A stretch of 64,000 nt of DNA, taken from sequence record NC_019411.1; one strand, given 5' to 3'. A program made the position numbers and the translations under genes. A model generated the notes under the pieces. It did not search any database, was not told the DNA's origin, and was given only the letters and a program-made list of their open reading frames with translations. Below are positions 43,061-52,386 of this stretch, in pieces; position 1 is the first letter of the stretch, and each line of letters opens with the position of its first letter.

Positions 43061-43245
43061 CTATCACCGCCCACGCAGAATCCGTCCTGGCGCTCCAGGC
43101 GCAGGCCGCCGACACCCTCAATCGGGTGATCGGAGAGCGCAACGCCGCCACGGGCGCGAAGAAAACGCGCCTGCGCCGCCTGACCCTGATCCTTGAAGAC
43201 GTGATGGGCGCCTGCAACGACGCCGTGGAGGAGATGCGCCGGTGA
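43057..43245 (+). CDS. Hypothetical protein
   Basis: TTGA overlap. Confidence 0.6.
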   Translation: MTITAHAESVLALQAQAADTLNRVIGERNAATGAKKTRLRRLTLILEDVMGACNDAVEEMRR

Positions 43246-43637
43246 TCTTCAGTTCCAAAACCCAGCCCCACTGCCGCTGCTGCGCCAAGCCGATCAAGAA
43301 GCACACCCGCCGCCACTATTTCGGCTCCAGGGAAGCCAAGGACAACGGCTGGTCGCTCGACCGGATCGAGACCCCGATGTCGGAGGACGAACTGCGCCGG
43401 CTGGTGAACGGTCATATCGTCTCGTTCGCCTGGAGCCACGACGTCACCTACGACGCCAACTACAAGGCCGTGCGGAAGAAGACCCACATCGCCTGGGCCA
43501 ACGTCTGGGACGGCGAGACCTACGAGGACGGTTATTTCTGCACCCTGCGGTGCGCCGCCGCGTTCGGGAGCATGGTCGCCGAGCACTATCCCGATATCCA
43601 CACCCAGGCCTACGCCGACTTCAAGGACAAGCGATGA
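43242..43637 (+). CDS. Hypothetical protein with Cys motifs
   Basis: HCRCC...YFCTLRCA. Confidence 0.7.
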   Translation: MIFSSKTQPHCRCCAKPIKKHTRRHYFGSREAKDNGWSLDRIETPMSEDELRRLVNGHIVSFAWSHDVTYDANYKAVRKKTHIAWANVWDGETYEDGYFCTLRCAAAFGSMVAEHYPDIHTQAYADFKDKR

Positions 43638-44356
43638 ACGACGAGATCAAGAGAACCCACGAGGCCTACGGGATCATCGGCTATAGCCACACCCAGGGCG
43701 ACACCGATCTGGTCGGCGTCGACTACGCCCAGGGCCACTATGTGACCCTGACGATCAAGACGGCCGTCGCCTATGAGGGCGAGACCCATGACCGCTTCCA
43801 CGGCGACAAGTACATCTGCAAGGTGGCGATGAGCGAGGTCCAGTGGGCCGCCTTCATCGCCAATCCGAACCGGGGCGACGGCGTGCCTTGCACCTTGCAG
43901 TTCTATCGCGATCCGCTGACCGGCGAGACCAAGCACCCAAAGTATCATCGCGAGCAAATGACCCGCGTCGAGCGCACCCGCGAGGCCGTCACCGCCCGCG
44001 CCAAGGCCCTGTCGACCAAGGTCAAGGAGGCCCAGGCCGAGCTTCAGAGGTTGATGGACGGCGGCCCGATCAAGAAGGGTGATCTGAAGACGCTCAAGGA
44101 CCTGCTCTACTTCGCCAACCAGGACATGGAGTCGAACCTCGGCTACTTCGTCGAGCGGGTGGAAGAGACCATCGACAAGGCGGTGGTCGACGCCAAGGCC
44201 CAAGTCGACGCCCATCTCGACTTCGTGGTTCGCGAACTGGGGGTGCGGGCTCTGGGCGCGCGGCTCCAGGAGGCCATCGACGCGGGGCATGATCCTGGCT
44301 CCGTGGGGCAGGCCCTGATCGGGCTCGTGGCGCCGCCGGAGGCAGACCCGACGTGA
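43634..44356 (+). CDS. Conserved phage hypothetical (MNDEIKRTH...)
   Basis: V.MSE.QWAAFI...N.GDGVPCTL. Confidence 0.75.
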   Translation: MNDEIKRTHEAYGIIGYSHTQGDTDLVGVDYAQGHYVTLTIKTAVAYEGETHDRFHGDKYICKVAMSEVQWAAFIANPNRGDGVPCTLQFYRDPLTGETKHPKYHREQMTRVERTREAVTARAKALSTKVKEAQAELQRLMDGGPIKKGDLKTLKDLLYFANQDMESNLGYFVERVEETIDKAVVDAKAQVDAHLDFVVRELGVRALGARLQEAIDAGHDPGSVGQALIGLVAPPEADPT

Positions 44357-44598
44357 GCCGCCGGTTCCTCAACCGCTGGGCCGAGGCGGTCGACGGCTCG
44401 CCCCAGTCCAAGCCCTTCCGGACCAAGGGCCTGTCGTTCGCCCATGCCCGCAGGACGGCGCGGGAGACCCAAGGGGTCGTCGCCGTCGAACACCAAGAAC
44501 CCGTCAGCGACGCCTCGCCCAACTGGGCGGTGATCGAGCGCTGGGAATTCTATCCCGACGGCCGTGAGCGCCGCACCCTCAAGCTGGAGACCGTCTGA
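44353..44598 (+). CDS. Hypothetical protein
   Basis: GTGA overlap. Confidence 0.65.
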   Translation: MSRRFLNRWAEAVDGSPQSKPFRTKGLSFAHARRTARETQGVVAVEHQEPVSDASPNWAVIERWEFYPDGRERRTLKLETV

Positions 44599-44599
44599 C

Positions 44600-45097
44600 A
44601 TGACCCGCAGCACCGCCGACATCATCGCCCGCATCAAGGTCCTGGAGGAGGACCCCACCGACTTCTTCGGCTTCCAGGCCAATGATCTGGTCTGCTACCT
44701 GCCGTTCGAGGCCGCCAAGCCTTGGCTGAATGAAAACGCAACGCCCGAGGTCTGGACGCCCAACGTCAACACTCCCGAGGCGATCAAGCAGGTCATCCTC
44801 GACTACATGGAGTTCGCCTGGGATAAGGCCAACAACCGGCGCGGCCTGTCGGCCGGGCGCTCGCTCGACCACATGAAGGCGTGGCTCTGGATGCTGGACG
44901 AGGACGCGGCCTGGGTCGCGGCCCTGAAGCTCTCCGACTACACCCACTACGGCAAGCCGCAGCTTCGCGCGATCTGCAAGCGTTTCGGCTGGGACTGGAC
45001 CGCCTGGGACGACGGCGCCTGGGGCAACAGCGAACACCGCGAAATCGACGTCAGGCCCGAGGACGTCCCCGAGGTCGGGATCGTCGAGCCGGCCTGA
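44600..45097 (+). CDS. Hypothetical protein (MTRSTADII...)
   Basis: Y..FAW.KA...RG.SA.RS motif; typical codon usage. Confidence 0.75.
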   Translation: MTRSTADIIARIKVLEEDPTDFFGFQANDLVCYLPFEAAKPWLNENATPEVWTPNVNTPEAIKQVILDYMEFAWDKANNRRGLSAGRSLDHMKAWLWMLDEDAAWVAALKLSDYTHYGKPQLRAICKRFGWDWTAWDDGAWGNSEHREIDVRPEDVPEVGIVEPA

Positions 45098-45104
45098 ATC
45101 TTTC

Positions 45105-45172
45105 CTGGCGCGAAAGTGTTGACAAGGTTCTGGGAACTCCTCTATACCCACGCTCGACGACAACGAGAGGAG
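45105..45172 (+). promoter_or_regulatory. Promoter cassette P17
   Basis: CTGGC-9-TTGACA-18-TATACC-7-GACGACAACGAGAGGAG-ATG. Confidence 0.88.
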
Positions 45173-45177
45173 TTCCC

Positions 45178-46938
45178 ATGGCCGAGACCATGTCCCTGAG
45201 TTTCCGGATCGAAGGCGCCGCCCTGGTGGAACGGGCGCGCGATCGCGTCATCGAAGGTAACTGGGAGCACGGCCTGCGCATCCTGGTCGAGGGCCTGCAC
45301 GGCATGTCCTACGAACTCGCGATCGACATCCTGCTCGGCAAGCACACCCTGGGCGGCTGGTCCTCGGACCCCGAGGGCGTCTATCTCACCGACCAGGACC
45401 CGGAGGACGAGACTTTCAAGCGCTACAAGGAAACCCTCGACTACCAGTTCGCCGGCGTCTTCAAGCTGGACGACGGCCGGATCATGCGCCCCTACGCGGT
45501 GGTCGACAGCTTCTCCAAGATCGACTTCGACTCTAGGGTCCGCTTCCTGCGGCTGGCCCAGGGCTCGGACCCGGTGTTCTCGCGCCCCAAGCGCTATCAC
45601 GACCCCCGCGCCGAGATCAACGGCGAGGAGATCGACTGGGCCTATCGCGCCCTGCACTACGCCGACGAGCCGACCCAGGACATCGTCCGTCTGGTCCGCA
45701 TGGAGGGCTTCCACCCCACGATCCGCGCGGCGGTCCTGTTCAAGGAAGTCCGCGACTACCCCAAGCTCCTGCTCCCGAAGGTCGAGACCGACGCCCAGAA
45801 GGCCGTCGACGTGGCGATCAAGGCCCAGCGCGGCCTCTCCAAGCGCGGGCACGTCTACGAGTATGGCGCTGGTCAGGACTTCGACAAGGAGCACTACAAG
45901 ACCACCATGGGGATCGATCAGGTCCCCACCGCGTGGTCCGTGCGCAATCCGAAGTACGTCGATCCCGACGCCAAGTTCGTGAAGGACACCCTGGCCGAGA
46001 TCGACGGCGACAAGCGCCCGGCGCCGGCCGGTGATTACGCCGGCGCCATGAACCGGATGATCAAGGATGAGATGGACGGCGGCATGGACATCAGCGCGGC
46101 CGTCGCCATGACCCAGGCCAAGATGGCGCTGCTGGGCGGCATGGCCGAGGACCCCGAGCAGCGCCTGCGGGCGATCAACGACGCCTACGCCGCCAAGTAC
46201 GAGAAGGCCGAGGGCCGCAGCGTCGAGGAGTACCGCAAGGCCATCATCGCCCAGGCCGGCGATGATTTCTTCGATCTCGCGTACACGGATGTGAACGGCA
46301 AGGACGTCGTCCTGAAGGTCCCGACCGCGCCGTTCGAGCAATGGGCGCTCTGGCGCACGGCCGGCTCCCACCTCGCCAAGCCCTGGAAGCGGGTGACCTA
46401 CACCGGCTTCAAGACGTTCGGCGATGATCCCTATCACACCGACTGGGTGCTGGGCGCTGGGCTCAATCCCGAAGATTGGCCGATCATCGAGGCCGACAAC
46501 CCGCCGCTCCATAAGGCCGCCTGGGACAAGCGCTTCCGGCTGGCCGAGGAGAAGCTGGGCGGCAACATGCGCGTCCTGCTCGGCAAGGGCTTCGTGACCG
46601 GCAAGATCGTGATGCTCAAGCCGGGCGAGGCCCTGTCACCGGGCGAGATCGGTGTGATCCGCAACGCCGGCCCCGACTACGTTCAGGCCGCCCAGAGCGC
46701 GATCGAGCACAACACCGCCTTGATCTGCGAGAACGGCGGCAGCGTCGCCCACCTCGTGGTCGAGTACCTGGACAAGCCCCTGCGCCTGACCCGGATCGAG
46801 AACGCGCGCAAGATTTTCAAGGACGGCATGACCGTCTACCTCGACTTTGACAAGTCGACGCGAGAGATCGCCAAGGGCGGCCTGGGGCCGAGCCCTGCCG
46901 ATCTTGGCCTCGACACGGAATGGGAGATTTTCGAATGA
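45178..46938 (+). CDS. 586-aa protein with C-terminal PEP-utilising-enzyme mobile (phosphohistidine swivel) domain
   Basis: G.G.V.GK....L..GEI.V....GPDY..A....ALICENGGSVAHL..........I.NA.....DG..V.LD. Confidence 0.7.
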   Translation: MAETMSLSFRIEGAALVERARDRVIEGNWEHGLRILVEGLHGMSYELAIDILLGKHTLGGWSSDPEGVYLTDQDPEDETFKRYKETLDYQFAGVFKLDDGRIMRPYAVVDSFSKIDFDSRVRFLRLAQGSDPVFSRPKRYHDPRAEINGEEIDWAYRALHYADEPTQDIVRLVRMEGFHPTIRAAVLFKEVRDYPKLLLPKVETDAQKAVDVAIKAQRGLSKRGHVYEYGAGQDFDKEHYKTTMGIDQVPTAWSVRNPKYVDPDAKFVKDTLAEIDGDKRPAPAGDYAGAMNRMIKDEMDGGMDISAAVAMTQAKMALLGGMAEDPEQRLRAINDAYAAKYEKAEGRSVEEYRKAIIAQAGDDFFDLAYTDVNGKDVVLKVPTAPFEQWALWRTAGSHLAKPWKRVTYTGFKTFGDDPYHTDWVLGAGLNPEDWPIIEADNPPLHKAAWDKRFRLAEEKLGGNMRVLLGKGFVTGKIVMLKPGEALSPGEIGVIRNAGPDYVQAAQSAIEHNTALICENGGSVAHLVVEYLDKPLRLTRIENARKIFKDGMTVYLDFDKSTREIAKGGLGPSPADLGLDTEWEIFE

Positions 46939-47231
46939 GCGAGAAGTGGCAACCGGTGGAGGAAGCCGCCAATAACCTCTCCGGCTGGAACGTGCGCTCG
47001 GCCCAGATGGCGGTCGCCGGCGGGACCCTCTATCGGACGATCGTCTCGCGCGACAGCCAGGGCGCCGCGCCGGCGGTGAGCACCACCTTCATCCCGGACG
47101 CCCCGCCGCAGTTCACCGTCCAGGTCACCGACGAGGACCTCCGGAGCCTTGCCGAGTGCAAGGACGTCGCCAGGGCGCGCAGCCTGTTCCGGGGCATCCT
47201 GAAGGCCCACGGCCTGGAGATCATCGCCTAG
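46935..47231 (+). CDS. Hypothetical protein (MSEKWQP...VAGGTLY...TFIP)
   Basis: ATGA overlap. Confidence 0.7.
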   Translation: MSEKWQPVEEAANNLSGWNVRSAQMAVAGGTLYRTIVSRDSQGAAPAVSTTFIPDAPPQFTVQVTDEDLRSLAECKDVARARSLFRGILKAHGLEIIA

Positions 47232-47456
47232 ATGCCGGTCTACGAACTCTCCGTCACCGCGATCCACCGCGACACCGTCACGATCGAGGCTGATAGCGAG
47301 GAGGCGGCCCGCGCCCGCATCCTCGAAGAAGGCTATGCCAATGGGGACGACATAAAGTCGGTTCACCACGATGTCGATCCGGAGATCGAGATCGGCGACG
47401 CGCGCGACGTGACGGACGAGCAGTGGATCATCAGCACCTCGGACGAGGAGGACTAA
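47232..47456 (+). CDS. Small acidic hypothetical
   Basis: V.IEA.SEE.A motif. Confidence 0.7.
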   Translation: MPVYELSVTAIHRDTVTIEADSEEAARARILEEGYANGDDIKSVHHDVDPEIEIGDARDVTDEQWIISTSDEED

Positions 47457-47963
47457 ATGGCCGACTTCAGCCGCGCCCGCCGCTCCATGGAGACCGCCGA
47501 CCTGATCGAACGCCTCAAGGCCCTCTACGACCTGGAGGACGCCCGCGATATCCCAGACGAGGAGACCAAGGCCGCCTTGAAGGAGGCGGTGGTCCAACTC
47601 GGCTATCTTCACGAGCAGGTCGAGTTTGGAGAGAGCCTCCAAAAGTCCTATCAGAACCTGATCAACTACTACAAGACCGACGCCCTGGCCTCGTCCCAGG
47701 AGCCGGACTTCAAGCGCGCCGCCCGTGAGCTTCATCTGATCGAGTCCTACCCGCCCAGACTGCGGCTGGCGGTCGGTGGTTTCCGTAAGGCCATGGACGA
47801 GCAGGGCTTCTTGAGTGGTGAGAATGGCCGCGCGATCAGCCGACTGATCAGCAAGCATCTCGATCATGATCTGGCGGGCGTGCTGGGCTCGGAGATTAAC
47901 TACTATACCCGCAAAGCCATCGGGGCGCTGCGGGGTCTGGCCCCCGAGGAACCCAAAGCATGA
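47457..47963 (+). CDS. Hypothetical protein
   Basis: GAGGAGG SD. Confidence 0.7.
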   Translation: MADFSRARRSMETADLIERLKALYDLEDARDIPDEETKAALKEAVVQLGYLHEQVEFGESLQKSYQNLINYYKTDALASSQEPDFKRAARELHLIESYPPRLRLAVGGFRKAMDEQGFLSGENGRAISRLISKHLDHDLAGVLGSEINYYTRKAIGALRGLAPEEPKA

Positions 47964-48532
47964 TCGATCCGAAAGCCAAACTCGCTGACCAAGTCGCCGG
48001 CCTCGGCCGTGACGGCGCTCGCCTCTGCGCCGAGGTGCAGGAACGCTGCGCCAGCAACATCGCCGACGCCGTGCTGGAATTCGTCGCCGACGCCGAGACG
48101 ATCATCGAGCGCCAGCAAAAGCGCGTCGATGAACTCCAGGTCTCGACGGCGCGGCGGATGCACGTCGAGCGGGCCTATCTGCGGGTGATCCAGGAGTTCA
48201 TCGCCGCCAAGCGCCTGCCGAGCCTGACGGCGTTCCATGATGCGGTCGGCATGCTCCAGGCCCAGACCGAGCAGATGAACGGCGACATCGAGCGGCTCGC
48301 GACCTATCTGCGCGGACTGGACCGCCGCGCCATGGACCCCAAGCTGAAGGACCTCGTGGAGCACCTGGACTTCTACATCTTCCACGAGTTGATGCGGAAG
48401 ATACACTATATCGAGCATTTCGTCCTGCGAGACGCCCGCCTCGCCCTGGTCAGCCTGACCGAGGCCGACTTCGGGCGGATAGGGCTGGGCGAGCGGCCCG
48501 AGCCCCCGGTCAGCCAGGACATGCCGTCATGA
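47960..48532 (+). CDS. Coiled-coil hypothetical
   Basis: ATGA overlap. Confidence 0.7.
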   Translation: MIDPKAKLADQVAGLGRDGARLCAEVQERCASNIADAVLEFVADAETIIERQQKRVDELQVSTARRMHVERAYLRVIQEFIAAKRLPSLTAFHDAVGMLQAQTEQMNGDIERLATYLRGLDRRAMDPKLKDLVEHLDFYIFHELMRKIHYIEHFVLRDARLALVSLTEADFGRIGLGERPEPPVSQDMPS

Positions 48533-48759
48533 TCGAGCACGTCTGGCGCCGTGATCCGCGCGGTCCCGCCTATGGCTTCCAGCGCCTGGACCTGGACGAG
48601 GCCCTGAAGATTGTCGCGGTCGAAAAGCAGGACTTCCTCCTCCATCTGGTCGCGGTCCTGCACGAGAACAACCTCCTGCGCGACGCGGACGTCATGGAAC
48701 TGCTCGGCAAGGGCTGGGCGCTCGACTCCTACGACCTCCATCACATCGAAGACGATTAG
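48529..48759 (+). CDS. Hypothetical protein
   Basis: ATGA overlap. Confidence 0.65.
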   Translation: MIEHVWRRDPRGPAYGFQRLDLDEALKIVAVEKQDFLLHLVAVLHENNLLRDADVMELLGKGWALDSYDLHHIEDD

Positions 48760-48762
48760 GCG

Positions 48763-48814
48763 TTGACAACACTTTCGCGCCAACATAGAACCGCCCTCGA
48801 CGACAACGAGGAGG
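48763..48814 (+). promoter_or_regulatory. Promoter cassette P18 (upstream element inverted into spacer)
   Basis: TTGACA-17-TAGAAC-7-GACGACAACGAGGAGG-ATG; minus strand of spacer reads TTGGC-9-TTGTCA. Confidence 0.88.
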
Positions 48815-48819
48815 CTTCG

Positions 48820-49203
48820 ATGAAGCTCGCGACCCAAGACCGCACCGATCCGCGCCTGAACATGCGCTACCGCCTCGCCAAGGCGGTGTTCTATTACGGC
48901 GGCCCGCACGAGTACCCGATCCACCTGAACGACTGGTGGAACGAGGTGACGCCGGCCGACGTCGAGGACCGCATCTCCGAACTCTGCCGCGAACTGTCCA
49001 AGCTGTCGGGCCAGACCCTGGCGCCGGCGACCTTCTACGAGCGGATGAAGCTGGGCTTCGTCGACCTCCCGGAAGTGAAGGACGAGGACTTCGCCGCCCT
49101 GTCGGAGACGACTCGCAACAACCTGCTCGCCATGCAGGACCGCTTCTCGGTCCACGGGAGCGGCTTCATGCTCTACTGGAACATCGTCAAAGAGGAGGCC
49201 TGA
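48820..49203 (+). CDS. Hypothetical protein (MKLATQD...)
   Basis: ATG after P18 SD. Confidence 0.75.
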   Translation: MKLATQDRTDPRLNMRYRLAKAVFYYGGPHEYPIHLNDWWNEVTPADVEDRISELCRELSKLSGQTLAPATFYERMKLGFVDLPEVKDEDFAALSETTRNNLLAMQDRFSVHGSGFMLYWNIVKEEA

Positions 49204-49206
49204 GCC

Positions 49207-49566
49207 TTGGATCGCAACGACCCCGCCAAGCCCCTGTGCAAGATCGCCGTCCTGGCCGGCCCCTTGTGGGAGGTCGACACCGACAACTGCGAGACCCTGC
49301 TGGTCCCGGTCAAGGATGTCCCTCACCCCTGCGCCGAGAATTTCCAGGACGAGATCGACATGGCCTTCAACATGAGCGGCGAGGCCATGGACTGGCGCCG
49401 CGTCGAGGGCTACGCCGCCGTCCTGCGCGATCCGCGCGGCGCGGACATGTCGCCCGTCGAGGGGCCGTTCGCGACCGCCGAGGAGGCTTTCGCCTACGTC
49501 AAGGACCAGTGGAGCGACCGCATCCCTGGTTCGATGGGGCTGGCGCCCTACGAGGCCCCGCAATGA
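49207..49566 (+). CDS. Hypothetical protein
   Basis: TTG start with GAGGAGG SD. Confidence 0.7.
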   Translation: MDRNDPAKPLCKIAVLAGPLWEVDTDNCETLLVPVKDVPHPCAENFQDEIDMAFNMSGEAMDWRRVEGYAAVLRDPRGADMSPVEGPFATAEEAFAYVKDQWSDRIPGSMGLAPYEAPQ

Positions 49567-49832
49567 TCAAGGTGACGCGCGGCATGACCTGGGCTGACGC
49601 CGGCCGCTGCTCCAAGACCGATTGGACCGCGTGGCTCATCCCCGCCGGCCCGCTGATCGCGGCGCTGCCCTTCGCCGCCCTGACCGGCGCGTGCCTGTCG
49701 ATCAAGGACCCGACCCACACCAATCTGGCCATCGCCTTGCTGCCCGGCGCGGCGATGCTCTTCAACGGCTGGATGGCGACGTTCGCCTTCGATCAGTTCC
49801 TGCGCGGGCGGGCCGGCGAGGAGTTGCGCTGA
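49563..49832 (+). CDS. Small membrane protein
   Basis: Two hydrophobic segments. Confidence 0.7.
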   Translation: MIKVTRGMTWADAGRCSKTDWTAWLIPAGPLIAALPFAALTGACLSIKDPTHTNLAIALLPGAAMLFNGWMATFAFDQFLRGRAGEELR

Positions 49833-49833
49833 C

Positions 49834-50262
49834 ATGAAGCTCTTCATCATCATCCTGGCGGCGATCCTGTGGCTGGGTGACACCGCCCGCGCCCAGTCCC
49901 TGCCGTTCCGCCTGACCCAGCCGCTGAACTACGGCAGTGATCTCCACTACACCGAGACGCGCGACGCGTCCGCCTCGCGCGAGCCGCTCAAGCGGGTGAT
50001 CGTCGACCTGTCGCGCTCGTCCACGGTGGTCATCGAACGGGCCTGGACCTATGCCGAACTCGCCGGCGCCCAGACGACCTGCGGCGAGATCGTCCTGAAC
50101 GGCCGCCGTCAGAGGTTCGTCCTCCAGGAAGGCCCCAAGACCGCCGTGATCGGCCCGGCGGTGCCCGCCTACTTCTGGTCGCTTGACGTGCCGGACTACC
50201 AGTTCCGCAACGCCGGGTGCCTGCGCGACCGCGCCGCCCTGATCATCCCTCCGAGGTTCTGA
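49834..50262 (+). CDS. Secreted hypothetical (signal peptide)
   Basis: MKLFIIILAAILWLGDTARA-Q. Confidence 0.7.
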   Translation: MKLFIIILAAILWLGDTARAQSLPFRLTQPLNYGSDLHYTETRDASASREPLKRVIVDLSRSSTVVIERAWTYAELAGAQTTCGEIVLNGRRQRFVLQEGPKTAVIGPAVPAYFWSLDVPDYQFRNAGCLRDRAALIIPPRF

Positions 50263-50264
50263 TC

Positions 50265-50329
50265 CTGGCGTTCTTGTGTTGACAAGGCCGGCGCCGCTGG
50301 CCTAGAACGTCGTGGACGACAACAGGAGG
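50265..50329 (+). promoter_or_regulatory. Promoter cassette P19
   Basis: CTGGC-9-TTGACA-18-TAGAAC-6-GACGACAACAGGAGG-ATG. Confidence 0.88.
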
Positions 50330-50333
50330 GACC

Positions 50334-50690
50334 ATGCCGCTCTACGACTTTCCGACCGGACCGACCACGATGGAGGACATCGAGGCGTTCGTCGCCGGCG
50401 CCCAGGCGGTGGTGACCGCCCAACTGGCCAAGGCCTTTCCCGGCGTGTCCGCGCCGGTGCTGGAGATCGCGCCGGTTCACCCGAGCAGCCAGTTCGCCAA
50501 AATCGTCGCGGTCGACGCCAGCCAGCGCTCGGCCTGGGCGTTCGTCCGGCTGGAGAACGGCCTGATCTACAAGCCCTCGTCGTGGAAGGTGCCGGCCAAA
50601 CATGCGCGTGGCACGATCCACACCGCCGCGCACGGCGCCGAGTACGTCGACTGGACCGGCCCGCGCTACGTGAAGGACCTGCGTCGATGA
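50334..50690 (+). CDS. Conserved phage hypothetical
   Basis: S.WAFV...G.IYKP.SWK.PAKH.RG.I. Confidence 0.8.
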   Translation: MPLYDFPTGPTTMEDIEAFVAGAQAVVTAQLAKAFPGVSAPVLEIAPVHPSSQFAKIVAVDASQRSAWAFVRLENGLIYKPSSWKVPAKHARGTIHTAAHGAEYVDWTGPRYVKDLRR

Positions 50691-50953
50691 GGAACTTCTC
50701 CGTTCTCCTGTCGCTGCATGACGAGCGCCGCCTCTACGTGGTCGAGGCGTCGGACCCCGGCAAGGCGGTGGCCTTCGCCAAGCGCGTGGCGGCGGCGCAC
50801 GACACCGTCGGCTCCAACTGGGAGATGGAAGTCGTCTTCCACGGCGCTTCCTACCTCGCCATGAAGGGCGCTTCCGTCAAGGTCATCGATCTGCGCTCCA
50901 GCGCGCAGGAACAGGAACCGGTGCCGCACGCTCAGCGTGGGGGTGGCTGCTGA
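50687..50953 (+). CDS. Hypothetical protein (MRNFSVLL...)
   Basis: ATGA overlap. Confidence 0.6.
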   Translation: MRNFSVLLSLHDERRLYVVEASDPGKAVAFAKRVAAAHDTVGSNWEMEVVFHGASYLAMKGASVKVIDLRSSAQEQEPVPHAQRGGGC

Positions 50954-51366
50954 TGCGCGTCGAGGACGGAAAGGCCATCGTCGATGACGTCTGGGCGGTG
51001 GTCAAGGGCCACCTGCCCGGCGCCATCCATTTCGTGCGCCTCAACTGGGCCGGTCGCCTGCTGCACGGCGGCGACATGCTCCACTACTGGGGCATCCAAC
51101 AGCCGACCCAGATTCCCGGCGTCGCCTATGTCTGGGACGACGAGACCAATGACGGCCCGCTCGGTGGCTGGATGGGTCCGGAGACCAAGATCATCGCCCG
51201 CTTCGCCGACCAGCGCCAGGGCCTGGACGTCCTGCGCGCGGCGATGGAGACCAAGGCGCGCTTCGACGCCCTGGTCCGCCAGGGCGAGGACCTGCTGCTC
51301 GCCCTCAAGGTCCAGCGTGACCAAGCCCTGTTCGCGGCCCTGACCCAGGGGGTTTCCGAGGCATGA
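50953..51366 (+). CDS. Hypothetical protein
   Basis: TGATG overlap. Confidence 0.7.
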   Translation: MRVEDGKAIVDDVWAVVKGHLPGAIHFVRLNWAGRLLHGGDMLHYWGIQQPTQIPGVAYVWDDETNDGPLGGWMGPETKIIARFADQRQGLDVLRAAMETKARFDALVRQGEDLLLALKVQRDQALFAALTQGVSEA

Positions 51367-51773
51367 GCTTTGCGATCCGCTACTTCCCCGGCCCGCGTCT
51401 GGGCTATGGCAAGGTCGTTTCCCGGCATGGGATGCACGTCCTCTTTCAGGCCTATGTCGGGAATGAGCCCCAGCCTGGGACCCTGCCCGAGGTCGTTCAC
51501 TGGGACGACATCATCGAAGGTCGCTTTGCCTCGGTCGCCAAGGTCATCCTGGCGATCGACGAATCCATGCGCTGGTTCAAGGCCCTGGAAGCCGAACGCG
51601 GCGCCGAGCAGTCCGCCGAGGTCCTCATGACGCATCTGCGGCGCTATGAGCGCGACGACTGCGAGGTTTGCCACGGCGCGCGCGGCGGGGTGCGGGGCAA
51701 CGAGAACATCGTCGATGGCAAGGTGGTCTGCGACTACTGCACCATGGATATCCTCGACGCGAGGAAAAGCTGA
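51363..51773 (+). CDS. Hypothetical with C-terminal Zn-ribbon
   Basis: CEVC.G..GG..GNEN......CDYC. Confidence 0.7.
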   Translation: MSFAIRYFPGPRLGYGKVVSRHGMHVLFQAYVGNEPQPGTLPEVVHWDDIIEGRFASVAKVILAIDESMRWFKALEAERGAEQSAEVLMTHLRRYERDDCEVCHGARGGVRGNENIVDGKVVCDYCTMDILDARKS

Positions 51774-51988
51774 TGGGGGCCTACGCCTACTGCCAGAACC
51801 CTCAGTGCGGCGCGCCACAGGATCGCCCGACGGCCCGCGAGGTCGTGGAGCGCGATCGCCGCTGCTACGCCTGCGGCAAGGCCGTCCCGGTCTATGACGA
51901 CTTGGCCGACGTCCTCGAACGGATTGAGAGCCGGATCGACGATCTGGAAGCCGAGGTCAAAGCCCTGAAGGAAGGCGGAACCCAATGA
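51773..51988 (+). CDS. Small Zn-ribbon protein
   Basis: CQNPQC...CYAC. Confidence 0.65.
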   Translation: MGAYAYCQNPQCGAPQDRPTAREVVERDRRCYACGKAVPVYDDLADVLERIESRIDDLEAEVKALKEGGTQ

Positions 51989-52386
51989 CCGCGTCACGCC
52001 AAGAGATCAAGGACGTCCTCGACCGCGTGGCGAACCTGCGCGAGCCTGACCGTGATGTCGAGCTTGCCGTCTGGAACGTCGTCAGCACCCAGGGCCGCTG
52101 GGCGTGGCACGCTCGCCACGAGACGATCCACCAGATCGCCAGCAGCGATGGGCGGTACGGCTATGGCATCTGCTCGCTGGAGCGCCTGACCTCGTCGATC
52201 AACGACGTGCTGTCGTTCGCCCACTATGCCGATCTCCATTCTCTCGAACTCCTGGAGAAGGGGCTGGCGCGGGTCAAGTTGCTTCCGCGCCATCTCTACG
52301 ACCAGGACTATGACGTCCAATTCTTCCTCTGCCGCGACATGCTCATGGTGATCCTGGAGCATTGTCTTGAGAAAGCCAGCGCATGA
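51985..52386 (+). CDS. Hypothetical protein
   Basis: ATGA overlap. Confidence 0.7.
   Translation: MTASRQEIKDVLDRVANLREPDRDVELAVWNVVSTQGRWAWHARHETIHQIASSDGRYGYGICSLERLTSSINDVLSFAHYADLHSLELLEKGLARVKLLPRHLYDQDYDVQFFLCRDMLMVILEHCLEKASA

Noticed and set aside
8833-45100. GANTC (CcrM/GcrA) sites as the common promoter signal
   Set aside because: Only occasional (GACTC in the P3 spacer, GAATC upstream of P17); absent from most cassettes.
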